DNA of 59,813 bases, the filler included, from Asterionella formosa (Eukaryota), in assembly GCA_002256025.1 (NCBI GenBank). It is 6 parts of 6 records of this genome, joined end to end, with 100 filler letters (N's around TTAATTAATTAA, not from the genome) between each part and the next. Parts side by side here need not be neighbours in the genome. Positions count along the whole stretch, not along the records: positions 39,986 to 49,850 come from NKIB01010130.1; positions 49,951 to 59,813 come from NKIB01010131.1; 4 more parts are not named here. One strand, 5' to 3'. Both the position numbers and the translations under genes were made by a program. The stretch's first letter is position 1. Each line of letters begins with the position of its first letter. The notes beneath the pieces were generated by a model that saw only the letters and a program-made list of their open reading frames with translations, did not search any database and was not told the DNA's origin. Below are positions 46,490 to 58,417 of this stretch, in pieces.

Positions 46490-48207
46490 CTAGAGGGGAC
46501 CTGATGGGTCTTGGTACTTCATCTCGGAAGGGTCGAAACCAGGCATAGGGAATCCTGTGGCGAATGTGTTCACACGCTTTCGGAGGTCATCCAATTCAGC
46601 ATTTCCAGTCAACAAGGCAAGGAAAGCAGAGAGCTTGGGACCCGATTGCTCTTGGAGCTTCAATGAGATCACACAGGCCTCGTGTAGGAATTCCGCAATT
46701 TGTTCAAAGTCAGCCTCGTCCATCATTCGTGTGGTCAATGCAGGGGCACCAATACGAACACCACCTGGTGTAATAGCAGATACATCACCAGGGACACAGT
46801 TTTTATTCAAAGTGATGCAAACTGCATCGCAAACTTTTTCGAACTTGCTTCCCGTTAAGCCTTGTGGCTTCAGGTCCCACAAAACTAAGTGGTTCTCCGT
46901 TCCGCCTGATGCAATCGAGTAGCCCAAAGACTGAAGCTTAGAGCTCAAGGCTGAGGCGTTCTTCTTGACTTGCTGGATGTACATTTTGAATTCTGGGGTA
47001 GCCACCTCCTTGAGCTGGGTGGCAATACCAGCGATTTGATGCTCGTGAGGTCCACCCTGTAAGGCCGGGAAGACAGCTTGATTGATTTTAGTCTCAAAAC
47101 CACGCTTGTCCTTTTTGAAGAAAATCATACCAGCCCGAGGTCCACGTAGGGACTTATGAGTAGTTGTTGTGACAATGTCACAGAAATCAAATGGGTTGTT
47201 TGCCTCGCCAGTCGCGACCAAACCGGAAATGTGCGCCATGTCCATCATTAGGAGGGATCCGTTGGCGTCAGCAATCTCCCGAAATCTGGCATAGTCGTAG
47301 TCACGAGGGTACGCGGATCCACCACAAATGAGCATAGCGGGCTTAAACAGAGCCGCGAGCTTCGCAAGCTCATCATAGTCAATGTAGCCAGTCTGAGGGT
47401 GAACACGGTACGGAAGGGACTCGAAGTAGACAGATGTAGCTGACACAGCCTTGCGCGTTCCCTCCGCCTTTGACATGGTATAGAATCCGTGCGTCAAGTG
47501 TCCACCACTGGGCAAGTCAAGGCCCATGATACGGTCGTGTGGCCTGAGAAGTCCAGTGTAGACCGCAAAGTTGGCAGGGGAACCTGAGTATGGCTGCACG
47601 TTAACGCCCCACTTCTCTGGGTCAAGCCTGTAGGCTTCCAAAGCACGGGTCTGGCAAAGAATTTCGACCTGATCAACAACTTCATTTCCTCCATAGTAAC
47701 GAGCATGAGGAAGTCCCTCTGCATATTTGTTGGTCAAAACAGAACCCAAGCACTCTATGACGGCCTTGGAAGTGAAGTTCTCGGAAGCAATCAGTTCAAG
47801 GGAGCGCCATTGGCGAGATTTCTCTTGCTCAATCAAATCATAGAGTTCAGGGTCATGGTCCTTAAGTGATACGAGTCCGCGGAATTCCTGAGACGAGAGA
47901 TTCGCATGTTGTGAGTAAGGAGACAAAGACGCGTCAATCAAACAACCGACAACAGGCTCGCTTCCGACGAAAAACACCCATGGCAACAAAGTTTATCATC
48001 CGACAGAGATTTAAGACACGATAAAGAAACAACTATTTCTGATATCGGAGCCGACCAATCGAGGGAATGGCCCATCCATCGGGGAGTAAAAGACAAATCT
48101 TTCCATCCGCCAATGAAGCGTCAACCGTTTCTCCACGCAACGATTATCAAATGCAAGTGCAAATGAAGTGCACCTCGACTACATACCTGTTCCTTGAAAG
48201 AAGACAT
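46490..48207 (-). CDS. SHMT: Serine hydroxymethyltransferase, cytosolic type; exons 48207-48187 and 47887-46490
   Basis: [36 protein letters not shown]-lysine motif [12 protein letters not shown]; exon 1 ATG TCT TCT TTC AAG GAA CAG then GTATGT donor; TACTCAC branch site and CTCAG acceptor join in frame to EFRGLVSL. Confidence 0.96.
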
Positions 48208-48309
48208 GGTGAATCTCGTTTCAGTGAAGGGTAGTTGCGTAGGCAAACTTATGGCTTAGGAAGAATGAGATGAGCTAGTTTGGTGCAAACAAAGCAAGAA
48301 TGGCTCGGC

Positions 48310-49262
48310 AGGGATTACCGGTACACTACCCAGTAGGCGCTAAGCTACTGTGTCACATGCTTCCACAAGGGAGGAGTGCTACTGCCTTTGGCATACCTCT
48401 TGGTATTATAGCTGTAGTACACATCACATGTGAGAAAGGTTGATACATAGCTCTACGTACCAGCTACAGTACTACTAGTATACCTGTAGTATATTTGGTA
48501 CCTGGAGTACCAGGTACCAAGTTGCAGTATGTGCGAAGCCCGTTCCAACAAAGAACGTGAAAGCGGATGGCCATGAGCGTTCTCACTGGAAAACATTAGC
48601 ATGGAAAGGATGAGAACTTGTGTAGAAACCATGTAGAACGTGCTAGCCCCTTGTCTCCCTTGAAAGTATGGAGTGCTCCGTATTCTATGTTCCCATCGAT
48701 CTAACATCTGTCTGTGACCTACGTATGTACATACTTGTCCAGTGCCAGGTACTGGTACCCCCGGTACCACCAGTTGCCAGGGTACCTGTGGTTGATCCTA
48801 TGACACGGGTATGTCCATGTGAGTTGCTGCTGCCTGCCAGCACTCACTGATGCTGCCTGGTGGTGGGTGGTTGTAACTAGTACTTTGTACCAGGTACATA
48901 CCAGCTACTCTTGGTACCGGTACCCTGGTACCAGTACCAAGGAATGTGGAACCGAGACAGGAGTACCATGTTCCAGGTAGCAGCTACTCCTGGTACTGGT
49001 ACCGTTGTAGGAGTACCAGGTACCTGCAAGTTGCGGTCATTTTGCTGAAAGTAACATTTGAATCTTGGATAAAGAAAGCTAAACTTTTAGATTCAGCAAG
49101 TTACCGCAACTTGCTGGTACCAAGTAACTTCTGAAATGACCGGTGATATGTATGTGGACATGTACAGCAGAGTAGACCACTGTACCTGGTAGCAGGTCGG
49201 TACCAGGTACACAATTATAAACTATGAGACTTACCACCACTGTACCAGGTACCTGGTACCTT
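48310..49262. promoter_or_regulatory. Dense TACCGGTA/TACCWGGTA/GGTACC motif cluster upstream of SHMT (function unknown)
   Basis: Many visible copies, e.g. ggtacctggagtaccaggtacc, ggtaccggtaccctggtaccagtacc, gtaccaggtacctggtacc. Confidence 0.5.
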
Positions 49263-49320
49263 CGGAATACATTGAGCACAAGCAAATGTCGTCTAATTTG
49301 CGTAGTTTTAGGTTATTATT

Positions 49321-49742
49321 TGTTAAAGTGAGCTCATCTACGTAGTTAGGACTCGGAGTCAAACGAGTCAAACGATTCGAATGAGTCCACTTTGATGTAC
49401 CAAGCTCTCATCAACCACACATTATACTTTGCTACTCCGACTATAATGAGCCGGACAACATAAGCTATTTGGGAAGACCGATAGTTTGAAATGAATGATC
49501 ATGGTTAAATACCTATGATCAGTAAGTGTGAGATAGACATGGGTCTATCTATGATTGTATGTTCCTAGAAATGCAAACAGCATTTGGAGAATAGTTCGTT
49601 TGTTTTGTTCAAACAGAACAACCTAAACTAGATTAGTAAACTCACAATAAGAATATAGAAACGGAAAGAGAAACGAACGTCTCTATCTATAGTCTTCTTT
49701 GTCTAACGATATAGATCTATACAAAAAGGTAATACTTTAACA
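49321..49742 (+). repeat. 5' LTR (422 bp) of a Ty1/copia retrotransposon
   Basis: Begins TGTTAAAGT and ends ACTTTAACA (perfect 9-bp inverted termini, TG...CA); followed directly by a PBS-position sequence cgtttataaacgg and gag. Confidence 0.85.
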
Positions 49743-49850
49743 CGTTTATAAACGGACTTAAGTGTTTTAACATGTCTACAGAAATGTCTGAAGAGAGCAT
49801 GAGGCTCATCAAGTTTGATGGCAACGAAACGAACTGGTACCAGTGGAGCG
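49321..49850 (+). mobile_element. Ty1/copia (CoDi-like) LTR retrotransposon 5' end with gag start at 49772; truncated by the scaffold end
   Basis: LTR followed by MSTEMSEESMRLIKFDGNETNWYQWS, matching the copia gag N-terminal F.G...W..W motif. Confidence 0.82.
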
Positions 49851-49950
49851 NNNNNNNNNNNNNNNNNNNNNNNNNNNNNNNNNNNNNNNNNNNNTTAATT
49901 AATTAANNNNNNNNNNNNNNNNNNNNNNNNNNNNNNNNNNNNNNNNNNNN
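49851..49950. other. Artificial scaffold linker
   Basis: N44-TTAATTAATTAA-N44. Confidence 0.97.
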
Positions 49951-50130
49951 ATGTTCGGTCACCACTTGGAATTTTCACTTTCTGTAGTTGTGCAAACTTT
50001 CGCCAAATTGAAGTTCCAGTTCGATCCTTGTCTGGAAAATTTTCATTGTGCTCAGATGCTACACATTCCCATTCATGGTCTTGTAAAGATAATACCGAGT
50101 CTACAGTGATAATATTATAACGTGTTCAAA
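49951..50130 (-). pseudogene. Second Myb-like (DUF6818-like) fragment, homologous to 34620-34830
   Basis: Translates as DSVLSLQDHEWECVASEHNENFPDKDRTGTSIWRKFAQLQKVKIPSGDRT; compare DSVLSHLPIRSHAAEHTEKFPDMDQTGTSIWQQVSRLHKVKKPTCDPT. Confidence 0.75.
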
Positions 50131-50540
50131 GTAAGCGTTAAAGCATAGCTTAAACCATGCATGGTTGTTTTCAGTACCACGTACGTATGTAGACTAGATG
50201 ACTGCCGGTAACCGGTAGAATATCCGCTAAGCATCATCAGAAGCATGACCGGCAGAGAAAAAACTTGCCACCAACATCAGATGTATTGCTATCATCGTTC
50301 GTCCGACGAAATATGGACGATGCGACTACATGAATCCCTCGAGAAGACAAGCAATCCAACAACCAACCGCATCCGTTAGGCAAAGAATCGCTACTGGCGT
50401 CATCGCGGAACTGATTTCGCTTCAAACCGGTCATGATGGACGACGATTGGCATGGTGAAAGGTGAATTGCCGGAGTCCACTTTTCAGGAGACGAACAAAA
50501 ACGAGGTGAATTCTAGATATAAATTATTAGAATCTTTATA

Positions 50541-53500
50541 GTATATAAAATGGTTTCCTTAAGTAGACCCCTTGCCGATTTCGGAAATCCCAGGGCTGGA
50601 AAACCGAAGGAAAATTGCTACAAATTGGCTGCAAATTGTAATGCCAAAATGCGAAGATAGGAAATAATGATGGGCAATTTTGGTCCCATGGCAATTTTCG
50701 AGGTGAAGATAGGAAATACACAAAATATATTTTATATGATGGGCTATAATGGTGAGCTAAAATTGACATTTACACTCGATGAGTGGGCAGTAAAAGTGAG
50801 TCCTCCTCTATTGCTACAGCCATCAATCCGAAGAAGACCACCACAACAACCAGCTATTAGTGTCAGTTGGTTACACTCTGGTGAATAGAACTACAAACAG
50901 TGTTTTATTTGTGCAAGAAATTGGTAGTGATACCTTGATAGAGCCACTTGTAAAAATGCTTAGAGAAACTTTTCACTCACGCGATTCTCAGGGTGTAGAA
51001 TGCACGGAACGGCCTCCTCAAGTATTATCAGCCCCTACTTCATTTCTAGTTTCACCATGTTCAAGAGATAGTCTGACAAGTTCGACTTTCCTTTCCATTG
51101 CAATCTCTACAGCAAGTCCTTAAATTCCTGTATGTTGAATTCTGCGAAGTCTTTTTCACGAGCATGATAGCGAAGAAGGCAAAGCTCACTCCTTAGAAAG
51201 TGCGAATACCGCATGACTAGGGAGGCTGGCTTGTCAGTCATTTTAACTCAATGTAAACGGGGTCGCTTACCATTCCTTGTCGATTGCTTTCGGCTCTCAC
51301 CTTAGACACTCTTACTATGTAGTCAAATTTTAGACAGTGCTGCCCCAGATTAACGCACTGATAGTTCCAGTGCAAGTTTATCCTACATAGCTTGCTTGTA
51401 GGTGTTCGCCATCCTCAACCAACCAATCATGACAATGTTGTATTCCTTGGTCCTGGCATTGTTGACATCCCCCCGCTAGATCTGGATGACATGTATACCC
51501 CACTGAAAAGTGGTTGGTATGGTTGATTGAAGATGGCTCTCCATCAGCTGTTTTTGCATGTGTATTTTTATGTCTAACTTGGAATTTGATGTGCCATATT
51601 GAAAGTACTGACGGTGTTTGTATCAAGCATTTGGTTTGGAGTCAAGGGGATTCGATTTTCTCATACAAAAAATGATCAAGATGGCTCTAAGAATTCAAGC
51701 CCCAACACTGCAACACAAACCCTGAAGATTATGCCCAATAACTGCATTGTTTAAGTACATGACATTCTTCCCAGAAATTCTACAAGATACAGATACTCTA
51801 TTGTTTCCTGGTGCAGAGCAGGAGGATTGATTCAGAAAAAATATCAAGAGCTTGCTACATGGACATGAAGGCGATCTAGATTGATATGAGGTGGAGGATA
51901 TTGGTAATCACAGCATCAGGAAGGGTGCTACAACATATGCATCGAGTTGCTCTACAGCAAGTTCATCAAGTGTAGCGATCAACAATCGAGGTGGTTGGAC
52001 TATTACAATTTAATTTAATTCAGAATGTGCAAATGTATGATGGTTGCTAGATTCAATATAAACATGATAAAATGTAAGAAATAATGATTTTGAAACCAAC
52101 TAGCTTTATACTGTTGACTAATACCATAGAGAGATATTATGGGTACATATTGTCTACCATGAGAAAGGCAGCATACTATTGTTCTTAATGGGGTGATACT
52201 TCCATTTAAAGTGCGTGTACGGTGGTATATATACCAGTATACCTATGATAGGAGCAGGTTGTTGAGGGGAACCTTGTCTTTAACAAAGGTGAGCTACAAT
52301 ATTATGACTACCGGTATGTTCCATTGCTGTCGTTCGATTATCGCAACACTTTGTATATACCAGATCTGGTGGCTATGCTGGTACTGGCTGAACGGGACAT
52401 CGTAGTACATACATCATTCCCTTGGATTGAAACAGGTCTCACGTGCCCGGTATGCTACCGGTACCTTGGTACCTGGTACCACCTAAAAACTGCTTTGAAC
52501 CTCTATCGAAATTATTTTACCCCTTTGAACCACTATACGTAGAATAACACGTTTTGTGACGAATTTCTGATCCTGGTAGTTTACAAATCTTAAACGATCC
52601 GTCCGTAGCTGAGCATGCAGCGCTTCTCTGAGTATGAACAAGCTACACTGAACATTCATTTGTGTAATCAATACGTGAAAGTGTCGCTCGACCTTCTTTG
52701 GACAAATTAGCGGTTTACCACGACCTCGGAGTGTACAGGCATATGTACACATACATGAATTCCGTAAACCTTTTTATCGCACATTGATTTGTTTAGCCCC
52801 AAAGTAGATATCATACCAAGTGGTACCGGAAATTGATCCCGAATCTGAATTATGAAACCTTGTAATCCGTCTTCCCTGAAGAACATAAATTAATTGTTTG
52901 GTATTGAGACATTTTAATATACGGGTTTGAACCTCTACAATGGATAAATGCATCAATACAAACAATAATATCTTCAGTAGTCGATGGAACCTGACTGAAT
53001 CGTTTGTCCAATCATAATCCCCCACCTCTCGTGAATATCTGGAGCATCTAAAATGATTGAAATGAATACCGGTACCGGGTATATTGGTGTTTAGTCGTAC
53101 TAATCGATCGAACGCACCGGTAGTGAAATAGATGTTCAAGGCAGTTTTTAGGTACCAGGTAGCTAGCTATCTGGGATCTGGGACGGAGTACCTGGTACCA
53201 GGTAACTTCCGTTAGTACCAGCTGTATACTAACTATTGGCCGAACAATATAGGTACACCGGTATAGGTACATACCGGTATGTGCAAACGACGACAAATGA
53301 TTCACAGGATCAAACAAACATGCGGTTTGTTCAAGCGTCCTCTTGTCTTGATAGTACAATTTTTGGGGAGACAAAACTCCCCATTTTTCTGCCCTGATAA
53401 AGTAGCCACCAAGAAGGCACTGTTGAGGCAATTCACACGCTCGCTATCGTCGCGCCATTTGCTTACCTACTGCCCACTCATTGAGCGTAAATGTCATTTT

Positions 53501-53721
53501 TAGCTTGCTATAGCCCATCATATAATTTTTTTTGAGGATTTCCTATCTTCACATAAAATCTTGGCAAAGTTCCGATATTGCTCATTATTAAAATATATGT
53601 TGGATATTTCGTGTATGTTCGCATTTCGGGAAGACAATTTACGCCACTTGCCCCTCGGTTTTCCACACCTGGGATTGCCGAAATCGGCAAGGGGTCTACT
53701 TAAGGAAACCATTTTATATAC
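50541..53721. mobile_element. Non-autonomous element bounded by about 210 bp terminal inverted repeats
   Basis: gtatataaaatggtttccttaagtagaccccttgccgatttcgg at 50541 is the exact reverse complement of the sequence ending 53721; similarity continues inward through gtgaagataggaaat and ttatatgatgggctata; flanks tctttata / tcttcaga match at 6 of 8. Confidence 0.8.
51650..52004 (+). pseudogene. Crypton-type tyrosine recombinase fragment
   Basis: IRFSHTKNDQDGSK ... CPITALFKY ... LLFPG ... DIGNHSIRKGATTYASSCSTASSSSVAINNRGGWT (HSxRKG and RxGW motifs); disrupted by stops and frameshifts. Confidence 0.8.
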
Positions 53722-54136
53722 TCTTCAGATTTGATGCCCCTAAATAAAATTACCTAAGAACTTACTTAAGATCTAAAAAGTACTTAGAAGTACCCGAGTG
53801 GCAAAACGATGAGTTGGAGCGGGAATTACTTAAATAACCATTGGCCTACATGTCTTTCCTATAGACGACATACCGAGGCAAAATTTCCATCCGTCACTAT
53901 GTAGGACTGCTCCATTTGTTCAACAAATTGAATATTCATACCGTAAGTGACCTCTGTATGATGTGTTCACGTATTTAGAATTATGATAAAGTATCGGTTT
54001 ATAGCATGATACACAAAAAATTTCAATGCGACCCGAGAATTCAAAAAACAAAAGGACCATCAGTGTGTATAAGCAGACATTCGACTAAGACACCCACGCA
54101 CCGGATCTCAATTCTAATTTAGAACAAGGCTCCAAG

Positions 54137-57100
54137 ATGGTCCGACCATCCATCGCAGACAATAGTCGTCGGCTTTCCTTCACGTCGTTCCGTCTTTCTG
54201 ATATCGACAAGTTTTCCGACCGTGATGTGAAATTGAGTAGCAACTACAACGACGACGAATGTCCCTCGACAGAGAACACCGCCAACCAGGCACAGGACGA
54301 AACGCTGATAATAGCACTGGAAGAAAGCAAGAGACTGAATCAATTGAAGTACTTCATGCTACTCATGTTCGTTCTGGTTGGCGTGGGGGCATCCACCGCC
54401 ACGTTCTTCATTGTCAACGACAACACAAACAACGACGGCAAGGCGAAGTTTCAGGACTCGGCCCAGACGACTGTTCATGGGTTTCTCACCTCGGCGCAAG
54501 CGCTTGTTTGGTCCACCTACACCACGAGTGTTTCGTACACTTCGCACTTTCACGAATCCAACTCAAGTGAGTGGCCCTTTGTGACCTTGCCGAACTTCTC
54601 GGTGAGAACAATCGGAAGTTTGGCCACCAGCAAGTCCAACTCGATATCCTTCGCGCCTATATTGATGACCGAAGAGTTAAGACTGAAATGGGAGCAGTAC
54701 GCGAGCGCATCACAATACATGTTACATGATTTAGAATCTGCAGTCGTTTTGGCCGAAATCCATCTTCATCGCAGCATAATGGAGGTTGGCCCTTATCAAT
54801 CATCATCACCAGTCGCAGCTACTATACAACTCAATCATCAATACGAAGCTTTAATAGATACGAAAAATTCAATCCAGCAACGGCGGAATACCGGTACCAC
54901 AACCCGAACCATTGAAGAAGGAATTTATCGTTTCTCCTCTGTCGGTACAATCATTTACGACCCGGGTCCCGCGCCATATTTTCCAATTTGGCAAACATCA
55001 CCAGCCTCGCCCTCCGATATTTTGGGCACCATGTATAATCAAGCATCGCACTGGACCCGAAGAACGGCAATCTTGGAAATGATGGACAGCAAACGAGCCA
55101 CATTTACGGATGTAGTAATACGCGATGTCGACTATGATCCAAACAAACCTGTAATTCCCAGGACATTCATCATGTTCCCCGTCTTGACGGACTTTGCCTC
55201 AAAAGAGGTGGCTGGAAGCATGACATTGGAGTTTGATTGGAGCCATGTTCTCAGCAAGATTGTACCAGATCAGAAGAATCGTCGGCCAGTGGTGGCCATT
55301 TTGGAAAATACCTGTCAACAAACGTTCACTTTTCGTATCGAAGGTCAAGTCGCAGATTATTTGGGAGAAGGGGATCGACACGATAGAAGGTATGATGACC
55401 AAGTTGTTAGCACAGACTTTGAACAATTTGGAAATCTTACTTCCATTGGATCCTTGGTTATGAATGCATCGGATAATGTCAGTGGGTGCTTATACCGAAT
55501 TCACTTATATCCATCTTCACAAAACGAGCAAGTGTCGAACAGAGCAATGAAGTACTCCCTCGTTGTGGCTTCCAACTTTCTCTTTGCCATTATTTGCTTT
55601 TTAATCTATGATTGCAGAGTCGAGAAGAGGCAAACTCGGATTTTGCAGTCGGCGACACGGACATCGGCCATTGTTCATCAACTATTCCCCAAACAAGTCA
55701 GAGAACGCATGCTCAGGCGACAAGATGAAGTTGAGCAGCAGAAGCAGCAACGTCAACCAAGCAAAAGTTCGGAAATTGATCATTCTGGGAGAAGTGGAAA
55801 AGTACCAAGACGAAATTATCTCCTTGCGGTACCAATCATTACACCCAAACTGCGACTTAAGAATTTCTTATCGCACTCTCCAGCATTAGAAGGTGACAAA
55901 GCTGATGGAACTACGTCAAAAATGCATGATATATACAATGATATGGAAGGGGAGCCGATTGCGAATTTTTTCCCCCACACAACAATCATGTTTGCAGATA
56001 TTGCAGGCTTTACTGCATGGTCTAGTGAGCGTGAACCATCTCAAGTATTTAAATTGTTGGAGTCGTTGTACAAATCATTTGATGAGGTAGCCAAAAAATT
56101 GGGGGTCTTCAAAGTTGAGACTATTGGTGATTGTTGTAAGTGACCATAATTTTAATATGTTCTTTTTGTCGGTTTGAAAGTATATGAGGTTTGTGGTTGG
56201 ATAATTTGTCACTAACAGGCAACATCAGACGTGGCAGTCACAGGGCTTCCCGATCCCAACAAGGACCATGCCGTTGTTATGGCTCGATTTGCGTTTGAGT
56301 GTTTATATCATATGCACGAGTTAACCAAGAGGTTAGAAAATGCATTAGGACCAGGAACGACTGATTTGGCATTGCGGGTGGGTCTGCATAGTGGGCCTGT
56401 GACAGCAGGAGTACTACGAGGTGAAAAGTCAAGATTCCAATTGTTTGGTGATACCATGAACACGGCGGTGAGTGCCGATTTTGTTCTGTTCAATGATTCA
56501 TGAATTGCGGAATGATGCGTTTAACCATGTATTGTGGCTTTACTATAGGCGCGAATGGAGAGTACAGGACAGAAGAATCGCATTCACGTCTCGCAAGATA
56601 CCGCCGATCTCATTATAAGTGCAGGAAAGTTGCATTGGCTGAGACAGCGCGAGGGACTCGTAACAGCCAAAGGAAAGGGTGAGATGCAAACATTCTGGCT
56701 CAAGCCTCGGTCCCACGATTCGGCGGTAGTTGTGCAGCCAAAGCCGAAAGAAAAGCTGGACAGGATTTTAAGCATAAGCCTGACTGGCAGGAGGAGGGGG
56801 AATCATTTGGAACGTTGGGCAGATCTTTCTTTAGATGATTCCTCTCACCAAGGTGCACCTTGGGTGTCGACGAAGAAGGCCCGCCTGGTGAACTGGAATG
56901 TTGACTTACTTCTAACTCTTTTGACCAAAGTAGTGGCATGGCGGAAGTCCACCAAGAGGCGACAGTCCCTTCGAAGCGAGCTGTCTCCTTGTGCCGAAGA
57001 CGGTGGGAGTTGGATGATTTTGGACGAAGTTACAGAGATTATCGATCTTCCGGGGTTTGATCCGAATGCCACACAGTCAAGTACTGCGGCAGTTGTCTTG

Positions 57101-58253
57101 GGCGAACGAGTAAAGCGACAATTGAGAGACTATATCACGAGGATAGCAGCAATGTATCATGATGTACCCTTTCATAACTTTGAGCACGCCTCGCACGTCA
57201 CCATGTCAGCGAACAAGTTATTGAAGCGCATACTTTACCCAGATGATTTAGACTACCAGAAAACAGGAGAAAAGAAAAATGAGCGGGCTCGTGCAATCGC
57301 CTTGGATTTGCACTATTCAACCTATGGTATTTCTTCTGATCCATTGACGCAGTTTAGTATTGTATTTTCGGCCTTGATTCATGACGTGGACCACACTGGT
57401 CTCCCAAATGCTCAGCTTGTGAAGGAACGAGCAGAAGTGGCGCTGAAGTATCAAAACAAAAGTGTTGCTGAGCAGCATTCAGTGGCTATCGCATTGGAAA
57501 TGTTGGCTGAGCCCAAGTACGACGATCTACGATCATGTATCTATGGAAGCACAGACGAAAAGAAGAGATTCCGACAGTTGGTAGTCAATGCTGTCATGAC
57601 GACTGACATTATGGACATGGACCAGCAGTCGATTCGAAAAACTCGGTGGGATCTTGCCTTCAATGAGGCCTCAGAACTGGCAGGAGGTTCACCGACGGAT
57701 TATTTGGATATCAATCGAAAGGCAACAAGTGTGATTGAGCACATCATTCAAGCGTCAGATGTTGCTCATACCATGCAACATTGGCGCATTTACCGTAAAT
57801 GGAATGAGCGACTTTTTCATGAAATGACTGTAGCGTTCCAGGCAGGTCGGGCAGAAAAGGACCCAGCTGAAGGGTGGTACGAAGGCGAAATATGGTTCTT
57901 CGATAACGTAAGTGTGCCACTGGTATTTGTTGTTGATATATTTCCATGTTTCTCACTATTAATTTCTCCTAAATTCATAGTACATCATTCCGTTGGCAAA
58001 GAAGCTGAAGGAATGTGGAGTTTTCGGGGTATCCAGTGATGAGTACCTGACGTATGCACTTGAAAACAGAAAAGAATGGGAAGTGAAAGGGAGAATCGCT
58101 GTGCGAGAAATGATTGAAAATGTTGAGCAGGGTGGCGAATACAATAAGCATCACTCATCCATGTTTAGTTTCAGTGATCTCCACAAGCAATCGTCCGGTT
58201 TGGTTAGTTGTTTTGATGTCACTGAATCTCCCACGACTCCCAAGATTGTCTGA
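54137..58253 (+). CDS. Membrane-bound class III nucleotide cyclase-phosphodiesterase fusion with a CHASE-like extracellular domain; exons 54137-56135, 56229-56467, 56549-57907, 57981-58253 (1289 aa)
   Basis: Two TM helices flank a sensor domain; cyclase TTIMFADIAGFTAWSS, KVETIGDCYVAVTG, RVGLHSGPVTAGVL, FQLFGDTMNTAARMES; PDE PFHNFEHASHV, ALIHDVDHTG, IIQASDVAH; three GT-AG introns (93, 81, 73 nt) restore one frame. Confidence 0.93.
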
Positions 58254-58417
58254 TGACTACATAGATTTTTTCCCGGGAAGTATCACTAATAATTAATGGT
58301 ACAGTCTGATACTATTGTTCCTCTGCAGGCTATAAATTAATGAAGCTAGGTCCACGGTTGTATCTTAAGAGCGAAGCACGTGTTTGCAGCTTGCCTTTTT
58401 TGTTGCTTCCTTGTCTT

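Noticed and set aside
47888..47989. ORF-track N-terminal extension of SHMT as a targeting peptide
   Set aside because: It lies inside a canonical GT-AG intron and begins at a non-ATG codon
38075..48207. CBP, S6K and SHMT as a growth-control gene cluster
   Set aside because: CBP is on a different scaffold across a linker, and S6K-SHMT adjacency is unremarkable in a compact genome
9959..49906. TTAATTAATTAA recurring about every 10 kb as a biological periodic element
   Set aside because: It is always embedded in exactly 44+44 Ns, so it is an assembly linker
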